Positions 36,789 through 44,335 of a stretch of DNA of 44,335 nt are shown one piece after another. Made by a program: the position numbers and the translations under genes. Below the pieces are notes generated by a model that saw nothing but the letters and a program-made list of their open reading frames with translations, did no database searches and was not told where the DNA came from. Source of the stretch: a virus (Duplodnaviria > Caudoviricetes); the IMG/VR virus record IMGVR_UViG_3300032103_000228, positions 1 through 44,335 of that record; one strand, given 5' to 3'. Positions within the stretch are counted from its first letter, which is position 1; the number at the start of each line of letters is the position of its first letter.

Positions 36789-37080
36789 ATGCGTGCATTG
36801 AACTCAAATTTAGTTGGTCGGAAGGTCAAAGTTGACTTCCACACCTGGAACCTGTCGGCGATTTACACTCGGCCTGACGAACGCCGGAACACCAAGCTCG
36901 GCTTGCTTCCTGACGTTCGTCAGGCCGACGTTTGAGAAATACGGTGATGACGCCGTCGGAGAGGTGGTGACCGCGTACCAAGACAGCGATGGGACCCCGA
37001 AGTTTCATGTGCTCCTGCCGGACGGTTCAATTCTTGACTGCTACATCAGCGTGTTCACCGTGGTCGTAAACCCTGCTTGA
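36789..37080 (+). pseudogene. Small gene split by a frameshift
   Basis: MRALNSNLVGRKVKV... stops at 36935; a protein-like continuation FEKYG...GEVVTAY...FHVLLPDG lies in the +1 frame to 37080. Confidence 0.5.
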
Positions 37081-37083
37081 CTT

Positions 37084-38127
37084 ATGCCTACACAAGGACC
37101 CATCCCCATTTACAGCGGAAACCGCAAGATCGGTATCGAGCTTGAATTCGACGCTGGAAATGCGACGTTCAATCTTCCAGGTCGTCTGCCAACCGGCTGG
37201 AACCGACACGCGGACGGCAGTCTCTACAACGGCAGCGAGATTGTGCTTGAGCCGCCTGAAACCCACACCGACGCGGTCCCCAAAATCAAGACGTTGAACG
37301 ACGCGTTGGACAGCACCGGCACCTATGCCGGGCGCCGGGGCGGAATGCACGTTCACGTCCAAGTTGCCGACTACACGATCGACGACGCCGTGCATTTGGC
37401 AAACCTTTACCGCCACTTTCAACCGGCCATCAACACGCTGGTGGCTAAGTCGCGGGTCAACAACCACTTTTGTCCGGCCTATACGTCGGTTGTGACCCGG
37501 AACACGCTGATTGAGAAGTTTCGCATCACCACTCCGGCGTCGACCCGCAGCGAGGCTCGGTGTTCCCGTTCCTACAGCGTGGTCAATTTCGCGATGATGC
37601 GGTGCAACAACCGCGAAGACCGCACGGTGGAATTTCGCCAGGGCAGCACCTCGAAGCGGGCAGACTGCGTGGCTGGTTGGTCGGCGTTTTTGCTGGCCTT
37701 GACTGACCTCGCCGCGAATGAGCCGATGTGCGAAGCTGCGATGCGGCTGCCGTCTACGGTAGCCGGTCTTCGCCGCGCGATGACGATGGTGGAAGAGTCC
37801 ACGGGCAACCAAAACCTGTCAGAGTGGGTGCAGTGGCGCCACGACTACCTGAACGAAGAGCCCACGCCTCAACTGATTGACGAGGCCGTGCGGCGCATTG
37901 GGACCCGGTGGCACGGCATGTTTTTCGTGTCACGGCAGCTCAACATCAACAACGCTCTGTCCCAGAAAATTTTGGAGAAGGCTCATGAGCAAGGGAAGCT
38001 TGAGAAAAATGGGGTCAAGTATCGTGCGCCTTACGCGGCCCACGCGGAGAACGACCTCAATGAGTTGGTGGACGCCATGGTTCAGCAAGAAGCTCAACCT
38101 GCCCCGGCGGCTGCCGGGGCAGCCTAA
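37084..38127 (+). CDS. Putative amidoligase (COOH-NH2 ligase)
   Basis: KIGIELEF, HADGSL, GSEIV, GGMHVHV, FCP, YSVVN, TVEFRQG. Confidence 0.88.
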   Translation: MPTQGPIPIYSGNRKIGIELEFDAGNATFNLPGRLPTGWNRHADGSLYNGSEIVLEPPETHTDAVPKIKTLNDALDSTGTYAGRRGGMHVHVQVADYTIDDAVHLANLYRHFQPAINTLVAKSRVNNHFCPAYTSVVTRNTLIEKFRITTPASTRSEARCSRSYSVVNFAMMRCNNREDRTVEFRQGSTSKRADCVAGWSAFLLALTDLAANEPMCEAAMRLPSTVAGLRRAMTMVEESTGNQNLSEWVQWRHDYLNEEPTPQLIDEAVRRIGTRWHGMFFVSRQLNINNALSQKILEKAHEQGKLEKNGVKYRAPYAAHAENDLNELVDAMVQQEAQPAPAAAGAA

Positions 38128-38369
38128 CCAATCCAGTGGCCGTGACCACGGCCAACGAACTCGTCAATCCAACGAACCAATTCCTGAGGATCAAGATGAA
38201 TGCTGTAACGAGACAACCAGCTGCGGGCGTGCTCGACCATGTCGTGGTCCTTGCGCATGCCTTTCCAGTTTCGTCGCCAGTCGTGCCGGCCGACTTCCTG
38301 TTCAATGAAGTCGGACGCGACATCTTCAATGTCGGGAACAAGCTGCTCAATTAGACGTCTCGCAACCAC
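38124..38369 (-). CDS. Hypothetical protein
   Basis: 81-aa ORF with TAGTTA 4 nt upstream. Confidence 0.6.
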   Translation of the reverse strand: MVARRLIEQLVPDIEDVASDFIEQEVGRHDWRRNWKGMRKDHDMVEHARSWLSRYSIHLDPQELVRWIDEFVGRGHGHWIG

Positions 38370-38378
38370 ACCCTAACT

Positions 38379-38876
38379 ATGCCAAGCCCAGTTCAACACG
38401 ACGATGACGCGCGGTACGGGTACTACGTTCCACGGTTGAAAATCGGCCAGGTATTTTGGAGTGTCAAGAAGCTGTTGGTCTGCGTTCGCGTAAGTGACTG
38501 CTCAGCCCGGGTCATCGAGACTACCCTAAATCAGGTTGAGGACCCAACCCACATCTACAATGAGTTTGACCGGCATGGCTACCGCATCACCTCCCACATC
38601 GAGATGGCCCCTGGAGAGCACGTGTGCATTCTCCCGTTGGAGCGTATCAAGTTACACGAGTCAACTTATCGACCGATAAACAGGGCGCCTCTTGGGGTCG
38701 AAATTGTGCCGATTCCAGACCGTAGCCAGCCGCCCAAGCGAAAGCGCCCAAGTCAGCCAGGGGTGCACAAGACAGTCGTCGAGGACGAACAGGTAGCGGT
38801 CCTTGAAGCGTTGGAGATGAGCGCTCGGATTGCGACTGGGCTTATCCGCAGCAGCCTAAAAGGTTCACGGCTTTAG
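38379..38876 (+). CDS. Hypothetical protein
   Basis: 165-aa ORF. Confidence 0.6.
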   Translation: MPSPVQHDDDARYGYYVPRLKIGQVFWSVKKLLVCVRVSDCSARVIETTLNQVEDPTHIYNEFDRHGYRITSHIEMAPGEHVCILPLERIKLHESTYRPINRAPLGVEIVPIPDRSQPPKRKRPSQPGVHKTVVEDEQVAVLEALEMSARIATGLIRSSLKGSRL

Positions 38877-39039
38877 GCCGGTCTTGGGCGTACTCCGAGT
38901 TTCGGACAGGAGGGAACCTTTTCAGCGGGCACCCAAGAGGGCTGGTGACGAAATGTCCACGTGAGCACCCGCCCATCCAGTGGGCGCAATTGGCGCACAC
39001 CTTCAGCCGGTATTCTCGAGTTTTGTTGTCAACAACCAT
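38842..39039 (-). CDS. Small Cys-rich hypothetical protein
   Basis: R..VCANC.H...C......CPL; TAGTTA upstream. Confidence 0.55.
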   Translation of the reverse strand: MVVDNKTREYRLKVCANCAHWMGGCSRGHFVTSPLGCPLKRFPPVRNSEYAQDRPKAVNLLGCCG

Positions 39040-39081
39040 GATGCTTAACTACGCAATTCTTAGAACTAGCGTAGTTAACTT

Positions 39082-39849
39082 ATGGCCAATCCGGTCTGCA
39101 ATGCCTTGGGCATTTTGACGAGCGCACAAGGGTTGATCTTCAACGAGATCAACAAGCGCGTGGCGTCACTGCGTCGACTTGCTCAGATTCTTGAAAATCT
39201 GGGAGACCTCAACACTCTCATTCCAAACATCAACAACTTCATCCCCATTGCTGAGATCGACACGCTCATGTACGAGCAGCTTCGTCAAGCGTGCCCGCAG
39301 CTTGGGCTTCCGCCGTTTACCGGTGTTGGCGACATGAAGGCGGCAGTGGCTAAGGCCTATGCGCGCGTGCAGGACTACCTTTACAACAGTCCCTACAACC
39401 GAATGGGAAGCATCCAGTCCAAGTTAGACGATGCCTTGTCGAAGTTTACCCAGTCCGCAGGACCTTGGGATTACATGAATTGGATGGCCTGCGTCCAATT
39501 TGCGGCCTGTGATTTTCCTGACGCGGTTGTGGCTGAGGTTCAGTCTGGGAGGCAGCTTTTTGTGGAGCAAATCGGGGTGTTTTCACAGCCGATTAACCAG
39601 GCAGAGGGCGAGATCAAGTTGGGCGTTCAACACACGGTGCGGGGAGAGCCGGGGTCATCGGTTGAATACGACGGCGTGACTTACTACCCTGGAGACAGTT
39701 TCACTGGAATACGCGACGAGCCAAACTTTACGACGAATGGAAATGCGCAGGTCTACGCTAAACCGTATGTGACCAGCGACGTTCAGCGCCAAAAGATGGA
39801 CGACGTTAATGAGGTGTTCAAGTGGATTGACGAGAACGGAACCCTTTAG
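39082..39849 (+). CDS. Hypothetical protein (possibly virion-associated)
   Basis: 255-aa ORF; TAGTTA 4 nt upstream. Confidence 0.7.
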   Translation: MANPVCNALGILTSAQGLIFNEINKRVASLRRLAQILENLGDLNTLIPNINNFIPIAEIDTLMYEQLRQACPQLGLPPFTGVGDMKAAVAKAYARVQDYLYNSPYNRMGSIQSKLDDALSKFTQSAGPWDYMNWMACVQFAACDFPDAVVAEVQSGRQLFVEQIGVFSQPINQAEGEIKLGVQHTVRGEPGSSVEYDGVTYYPGDSFTGIRDEPNFTTNGNAQVYAKPYVTSDVQRQKMDDVNEVFKWIDENGTL

Positions 39850-39864
39850 CCTGTTCTTGTTAGC

Positions 39865-40029
39865 ATGGCAGACGAGCAGAAATACGTGGTTGTCAACGGA
39901 GACCAGCGGGTGACCGATGGCCTTTCCGAACAAGAGGCGCAGAAACGCGCGGATGAGCTGAAACGCCGGCTTGAAGAAAGCCAGAAGTCATCTGACACAG
40001 TCTCTGTGAAACCTCTACTGTTCGGTTGA
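39865..40029 (+). CDS. Small hypothetical protein (54 aa)
   Basis: MADEQKYVVVNGDQRV...KPLLFG*, TGATG-coupled to the next gene; below the ORF-track cutoff. Confidence 0.6.
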   Translation: MADEQKYVVVNGDQRVTDGLSEQEAQKRADELKRRLEESQKSSDTVSVKPLLFG

Positions 40030-40835
40030 TGCCAGGAAATCCCGATCAGCTCCAGTTGTTCAATGATGGGCCGCCGGTCCGAAGAGTTGAGGTGTACACA
40101 GACTCTGTCCTCGAACAAGTGCTTGACCGGTCTGCCAGAGAGGCGCGCGACATCATCGAGATGAATTGGGCGCGCATTCACCCTCCAACGCTCCCACTTC
40201 CTGTCGAACCTCTGCGTCGCATTGACCCGCCGTCTGCGCTTCCTGCCGTGCGCGAGACTCCGCCGTCTGCGCTTCCTGCCGTGCGCGAGACTCCGCCGTC
40301 AGACGCGCCTTTGGAAGTCATCACACCGTTGCCTCCGGCGCCGGACGATGCTGTGCTTGACACTCTGGACGAAGTCATCGACTCGCTCAAAACAGGGCGT
40401 GAGATTTCTGGTTTACGAGAGCGTATTGCGCAGCTGGTGACCAACCAAGAGAGCCGCGCGGAGTTAGTGTCCAATATGGCGATGACCCACGACTTTGACC
40501 GGTTGTCACGCTACATGCGCGCTCGCGCCTCGCTGGAAGACATTCTCTTGACCGCAGCCATTGACCGTTCGCTGAGCCCGACTCAGGCTCTCGCGTTTCT
40601 GAAAATCACACAAGAGCAGTCAGAGATCATCCTTAACCGTGTTCGCGCTGGCGCGAACAACATCCAGGATTTGCTGTCGTTGCTTAACAAGGCCGACTAT
40701 GCGCTCCAACTTCAGGACGAAGAGCTTGCCAAAAAGTTTTCAAACACGTCGCCTCAAGGTCGTGAGATTATTCGCCGTTTGGCTCACCGGTTGAATAAGG
40801 TCGCGGCATCAGACATGACTCAAGTTGAAGACTAA
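40029..40835 (+). CDS. Hypothetical helical protein, candidate terminase small subunit
   Basis: Overlaps the terL start; identity inferred from position only. Confidence 0.5.
   Translation: MPGNPDQLQLFNDGPPVRRVEVYTDSVLEQVLDRSAREARDIIEMNWARIHPPTLPLPVEPLRRIDPPSALPAVRETPPSALPAVRETPPSDAPLEVITPLPPAPDDAVLDTLDEVIDSLKTGREISGLRERIAQLVTNQESRAELVSNMAMTHDFDRLSRYMRARASLEDILLTAAIDRSLSPTQALAFLKITQEQSEIILNRVRAGANNIQDLLSLLNKADYALQLQDEELAKKFSNTSPQGREIIRRLAHRLNKVAASDMTQVED
40227..40300 (+). repeat. 33-bp in-frame tandem duplication (PPSALPAVRET x2)
   Basis: CCGCCGTCTGCGCTTCCTGCCGTGCGCGAGACT twice plus a partial third unit. Confidence 0.95.
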
Positions 40836-42858
40836 AACCGAACATGTCGACGTTGTCTTGCACAAGATTCTTGAGGGCGAAAACGTAGACGAGCTTTTAT
40901 CGAGTTTGCGCCCCTCCGAGAAGGAGCTTTTCTATCAACTTCTGAACCTGGTCCGTCAAGATGGCGACACGTCATTGATCGACCAACTGTGGCGCGTTGA
41001 CTATCGGCGAAAGCCACCGACGATCAAGGAGTTCATCTACGACGACTACTGGCTGGGGACAGTTACCCGTCCTGAGGACGAAAACTCGGGCATCTTTCCG
41101 ATCTGGCAAAAGAATCTTGAACACGACTTCGACCTCGACTCGCGCATCCACAACTTGGTCATCACCGGGTCGTTGGGCACTGGCAAGACGTGGGTGATGG
41201 GCATCATCTTTCTTTATCGCCTGGCAATGGCGGTGCTGCTGCGAAACCCACAGAACTTCTTGGGCTTGTCCAAAGGTTCGACGATCGTCTACGTTGTCCT
41301 CTCAATCAGCAAAGCAGTCGTTGAGGAAACAGCGTTCGGTGACGTGAAAAACTTCATGGAGAAGTCGGCTTTCTTCCGTGAGGAGTGCCACTACAATCCA
41401 AACCTCAAGTATTCCAACATGCGGATTCCGTTTCCCAACGACATCCTGCTGACCGCAGGTTCAAAAGGTCAGCATGTCATTGGCCGAAATACCATGGGGG
41501 TTTGTTTGGATGAGGGCAACTGGCGCTTGGAAGCTAACCCCGATCTTAAGGCTTACAAGCTTTACGACGAAGTCCGCACGCGCATCAAAAACCGCTTTCA
41601 AAAGGTCGCTGGATTTTTGCCTGCTATTTCGGTGCTCTCATCGTCTGCCCGTGATGAATCAAGTTTCACGGAGAAGGTCATCAAGGACATTGAGAGCGCC
41701 AAGGACGTCAAGACTGAGAAGGTTTACCGGTTTGCAGTGTACGAAGCACGGCGTCACTTGCTGACCTTGAAGCCGCGATGGTTTAAGGTCTCGCACGGCC
41801 TTAAAAACATCGACCCGATGATTTTGGAAGGCTGGTATCGTGAGGACGGCTCTCCAATTGAAGGCGAAGACACACGGCATGAGTCCGCGCCTTCGGGCTG
41901 CCGCGTGGCGCTCGTGCCTGAAGACTACCTTGATGCGTTTAAGCGCAATTGCAAAACGGCACTTCAGTCGGTGTGCGGCATCAGCACCGGTGGAAGTCAT
42001 CTGTTGTTTCCGTCGACAGTTGACGTCGAGCGCTGCATTGAGCTGGCTGAACGCGACGGCGTGCAAAACCCGGCCCGCGTCGAGCACCTGCCCATTTCGA
42101 TGGAAGACCAGTCTGAGATTTGGGACTTCCTAGACCATCGCAAATTTTGCGCCACGCGGTACAGCCAAGTTGTGCCGTTGCGCCACCCGGAGGCGAAGCG
42201 CTTTGGGCACATTGACTTGGCCACAGCGAATATGGCGGGAGTGGCAATTTGCCACTTGGTTGGAAATCAGCGGGTTGACGGGCTAGTCAAGTCAGGCATC
42301 GTATACAGCGAGTTTCGGTTGGTGGTCGAGTATGACTTCATCTTGACCATCATCGCCGGCAAGACTCGTCCAATCTCGCTTGAGAAGATTCAACGCTTTT
42401 TCTTCTGGTTACGCCAAGAGTGTGGGTTCAATTTTGGGATGATTACTGCGGACTCTTGGCAGTCGGCCATGCCGCTGCAGATGATGCAGTCGCGCGGGTT
42501 TGAGACAAAAGTGCTGTCGATGGACCGGTCCAAGGCGCCGTATTACGCGTGGAGGACTGGCTTTGAGGAGTTGCGCATTCGGCCTTGTAGGAGTCGCCAG
42601 ATGATGATTGAGGCCGAGGCCTTGCTCGATGCACCCAACATGGTCGACCACCCGCCTGAGGGGTCCAAGGACACCACGGATGCTGCCGCGGGCGCATATT
42701 GGAACGCTATCAACTACGAGCAAGAGGCTGGTTCGCCATCAGGAACTGAACCGGCCATGCACCCTGATGCTGCAATTAGCCAGGGAATTGAGGAGGCCCC
42801 TCCAATCACATTGCCGGTCAAGCCGGAAGAACGCCGCACGCCTGTGTTCCATGCGTAG
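40825..42858 (+). CDS. terL: Terminase large subunit
   Basis: Walker A ITGSLGTGKT, Walker B CLDE, nuclease HIDLA, ITADSWQS, DHP..GSKD..DA. Confidence 0.9.
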   Translation: MKTKTEHVDVVLHKILEGENVDELLSSLRPSEKELFYQLLNLVRQDGDTSLIDQLWRVDYRRKPPTIKEFIYDDYWLGTVTRPEDENSGIFPIWQKNLEHDFDLDSRIHNLVITGSLGTGKTWVMGIIFLYRLAMAVLLRNPQNFLGLSKGSTIVYVVLSISKAVVEETAFGDVKNFMEKSAFFREECHYNPNLKYSNMRIPFPNDILLTAGSKGQHVIGRNTMGVCLDEGNWRLEANPDLKAYKLYDEVRTRIKNRFQKVAGFLPAISVLSSSARDESSFTEKVIKDIESAKDVKTEKVYRFAVYEARRHLLTLKPRWFKVSHGLKNIDPMILEGWYREDGSPIEGEDTRHESAPSGCRVALVPEDYLDAFKRNCKTALQSVCGISTGGSHLLFPSTVDVERCIELAERDGVQNPARVEHLPISMEDQSEIWDFLDHRKFCATRYSQVVPLRHPEAKRFGHIDLATANMAGVAICHLVGNQRVDGLVKSGIVYSEFRLVVEYDFILTIIAGKTRPISLEKIQRFFFWLRQECGFNFGMITADSWQSAMPLQMMQSRGFETKVLSMDRSKAPYYAWRTGFEELRIRPCRSRQMMIEAEALLDAPNMVDHPPEGSKDTTDAAAGAYWNAINYEQEAGSPSGTEPAMHPDAAISQGIEEAPPITLPVKPEERRTPVFHA

Positions 42859-42865
42859 TTAAGCC

Positions 42866-43177
42866 ATGCGAGCTGAACTTGTTCAACACAGCATGTTTAT
42901 GAACACCCCGCTCTACGGGGTGGACGGCGAGGTGGTGGCAGGTCTTCAGCGCCCTCCGGCAATCGAGGACCCATCAGATTTAGTTTACGTTGTGCCGACC
43001 GCTGGGGTCAACCGATTTGACCTGGTGTCGCAGCTGTTTTATGGCACACCCGACCTTTGGTGGCTGATCGCAGAGGTCAACAACATCATCGACCCGCTGG
43101 TGGGTGTGGCAGCAGGAACTGTCATTCGCGTGCCCACGCGCGACCGCATGTCCAAAGAAGGCATGTTGAATGGATAG
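42866..43177 (+). CDS. Baseplate gp53 / tail protein X-like (LysM-type)
   Basis: RFDLVSQLFYGTPDLWWLIAEVNNIIDP...G..IRVP. Confidence 0.85.
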   Translation: MRAELVQHSMFMNTPLYGVDGEVVAGLQRPPAIEDPSDLVYVVPTAGVNRFDLVSQLFYGTPDLWWLIAEVNNIIDPLVGVAAGTVIRVPTRDRMSKEGMLNG

Positions 43178-43180
43178 CTT

Positions 43181-43654
43181 ATGAGTAACGGTTACCTTGT
43201 TGAGCGACAGCTCGAAGACACCATTTCACTGCCGTTGCTGCTTCCGGTAACGCGGCTTGAGCCCAATTCTCAAATCATTTTGGCGGTGGTGAAGTTGAGC
43301 GGCGTGTCGCAGCATTTGAAACATCGCTGGATGCAGCTCAAGATCGTTGGCCGTGACCCAGTGACTCCAACCATGCCTACGATCGTGGATTCGTTCATTG
43401 GAGGCTACGCTTACGGCGCAATTTATGATTCAGCTGGGGCCGTTGTGGCTGGCACCATCACGGTTTGCTCAGACACTGACGGTCTTCAGCCTCCTGCCTT
43501 TGGAGAGTTTGAAGACACATCGGTTGACATTGCAGGCCCAGCGTCTCCAGGAGAAGAGGAGTACACCTACCGTGTGGTTAACAACTGCGAGTCCATTGCC
43601 ATTCAGCTCGTGGCCACGGGGGCTTGGCGGGTGGTCCTAAACAAGGTAACATGA
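43181..43654 (+). CDS. Hypothetical beta-rich protein (probably structural)
   Basis: 157-aa ORF; weakly similar to the next gene (ER.L...P..L...Y...V.NN......V.TG). Confidence 0.7.
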   Translation: MSNGYLVERQLEDTISLPLLLPVTRLEPNSQIILAVVKLSGVSQHLKHRWMQLKIVGRDPVTPTMPTIVDSFIGGYAYGAIYDSAGAVVAGTITVCSDTDGLQPPAFGEFEDTSVDIAGPASPGEEEYTYRVVNNCESIAIQLVATGAWRVVLNKVT

Positions 43655-44079
43655 TTTCCCAGAATCGATTTGAACGCATCCTTGACGTTCCTGTTTCGTG
43701 CCCGCAAGTCGAGTTGAGGGCACGTTCCTCGCTGTTGGTTTGTACGGTTAGATTGAAGCTTGGGCAGGTGTTGAGGGTAAATTGGCTGGGCGCGAAGATT
43801 GCGCGGCTAATCACGACTGACGTTCCGCTGAAGGTTAGCTCGAATCTTGGGTTGTGCTACGTTGGAGTGTATTCCGGAGATTTGGATGACGTCACGCGGC
43901 CAACCGGGGTGTCACTGATTCAATTGGCGTTGAACCAGGTTACTCCAAAGCAGATGATCCCGCACCATTTCAGAAACTTCACCTCGCCTGACACGTACTC
44001 GGTGTTTGTGACCAACAACACGTCTAACTTGATTTTTGAGGTGGTCGTGACCGGATCAGCCAAGCTCTACCTGGAATGA
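43651..44079 (+). CDS. Hypothetical beta-rich protein, apparent paralog of the preceding gene
   Basis: ATGA-coupled ORF. Confidence 0.7.
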   Translation: MISQNRFERILDVPVSCPQVELRARSSLLVCTVRLKLGQVLRVNWLGAKIARLITTDVPLKVSSNLGLCYVGVYSGDLDDVTRPTGVSLIQLALNQVTPKQMIPHHFRNFTSPDTYSVFVTNNTSNLIFEVVVTGSAKLYLE

Positions 44080-44080
44080 T

Positions 44081-44335
44081 ATGATCGACTCCGCAAAGGT
44101 TTATCCGGTCTCTTTAGATTTTGGGCATGCGCGCATGTCGATTCCAGACGTGCTGTTGACTCAAGTTTCGTCCACAGCCCCATTTGACGCGTTGAAGTTT
44201 GCTGAGCGTGACATGGAGCTGTCGTGGCGCGACCTCGCTGTGGCTTCATCCTTCTTGCAGGTTGCGCTTGAGGCCGCGACTGTTTGGTCATTTCCTGTTG
44301 ACCGTCCCCCGTATCCCGTCGACAGTGCCAGGCAC
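44081..44335 (+). CDS. Hypothetical protein, partial
   Basis: ATG 1 nt after the previous stop; frame open to the window end. Confidence 0.55.
   Translation, partial: MIDSAKVYPVSLDFGHARMSIPDVLLTQVSSTAPFDALKFAERDMELSWRDLAVASSFLQVALEAATVWSFPVDRPPYPVDSARH

Noticed and set aside
1-44335. Stop-codon reassignment, as in some large phages
   Set aside because: Long conserved genes are intact in the standard code and end in TAG, TGA and TAA; breaks are frameshifts or deletions, and no suppressor tRNA was seen

Overview
A 44.3-kb fragment of a large (jumbo-type, probably contractile-tailed) bacteriophage genome in the standard genetic code. Virion and packaging genes include a terminase large subunit, a T4 gp6-like baseplate wedge and a gp53-like protein. 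Replication genes are a family A DNA polymerase (N-terminal UDG-like domain, two inteins), a divergent DnaB-like helicase and a minimal ligase. It also carries a tubulin/FtsZ (PhuZ/TubZ-like) GTPase, ThyX, a second thymidylate-synthase homolog with the dCMP-specifying Asp, a dNMP kinase-UDG-like fusion, sugar-nucleotide and glycosyltransferase genes, a tmRNA with a 32-residue tag, tRNA-fMet and tRNA-Pro. There are at least four dispersed amidoligase (COOH-NH2 ligase) paralogs and two class II glutamine amidotransferases. Most notable: (1) polymerase intein 1 is double-coded, with its splicing frame open while a Vsr/DUF559-like endonuclease lies in the +1 frame; (2) a repeated TGTTTACA-N13/14-CGG-TAtagt promoter and a TAGTTA motif sit only 4-9 nt before start codons, implying leaderless mRNAs; (3) the expanded amidoligase/GATase set; (4) a probable cytosine-modification pathway; (5) many gene remnants and short tandem duplications. 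All calls come from motif recognition by eye; no database searches were run.
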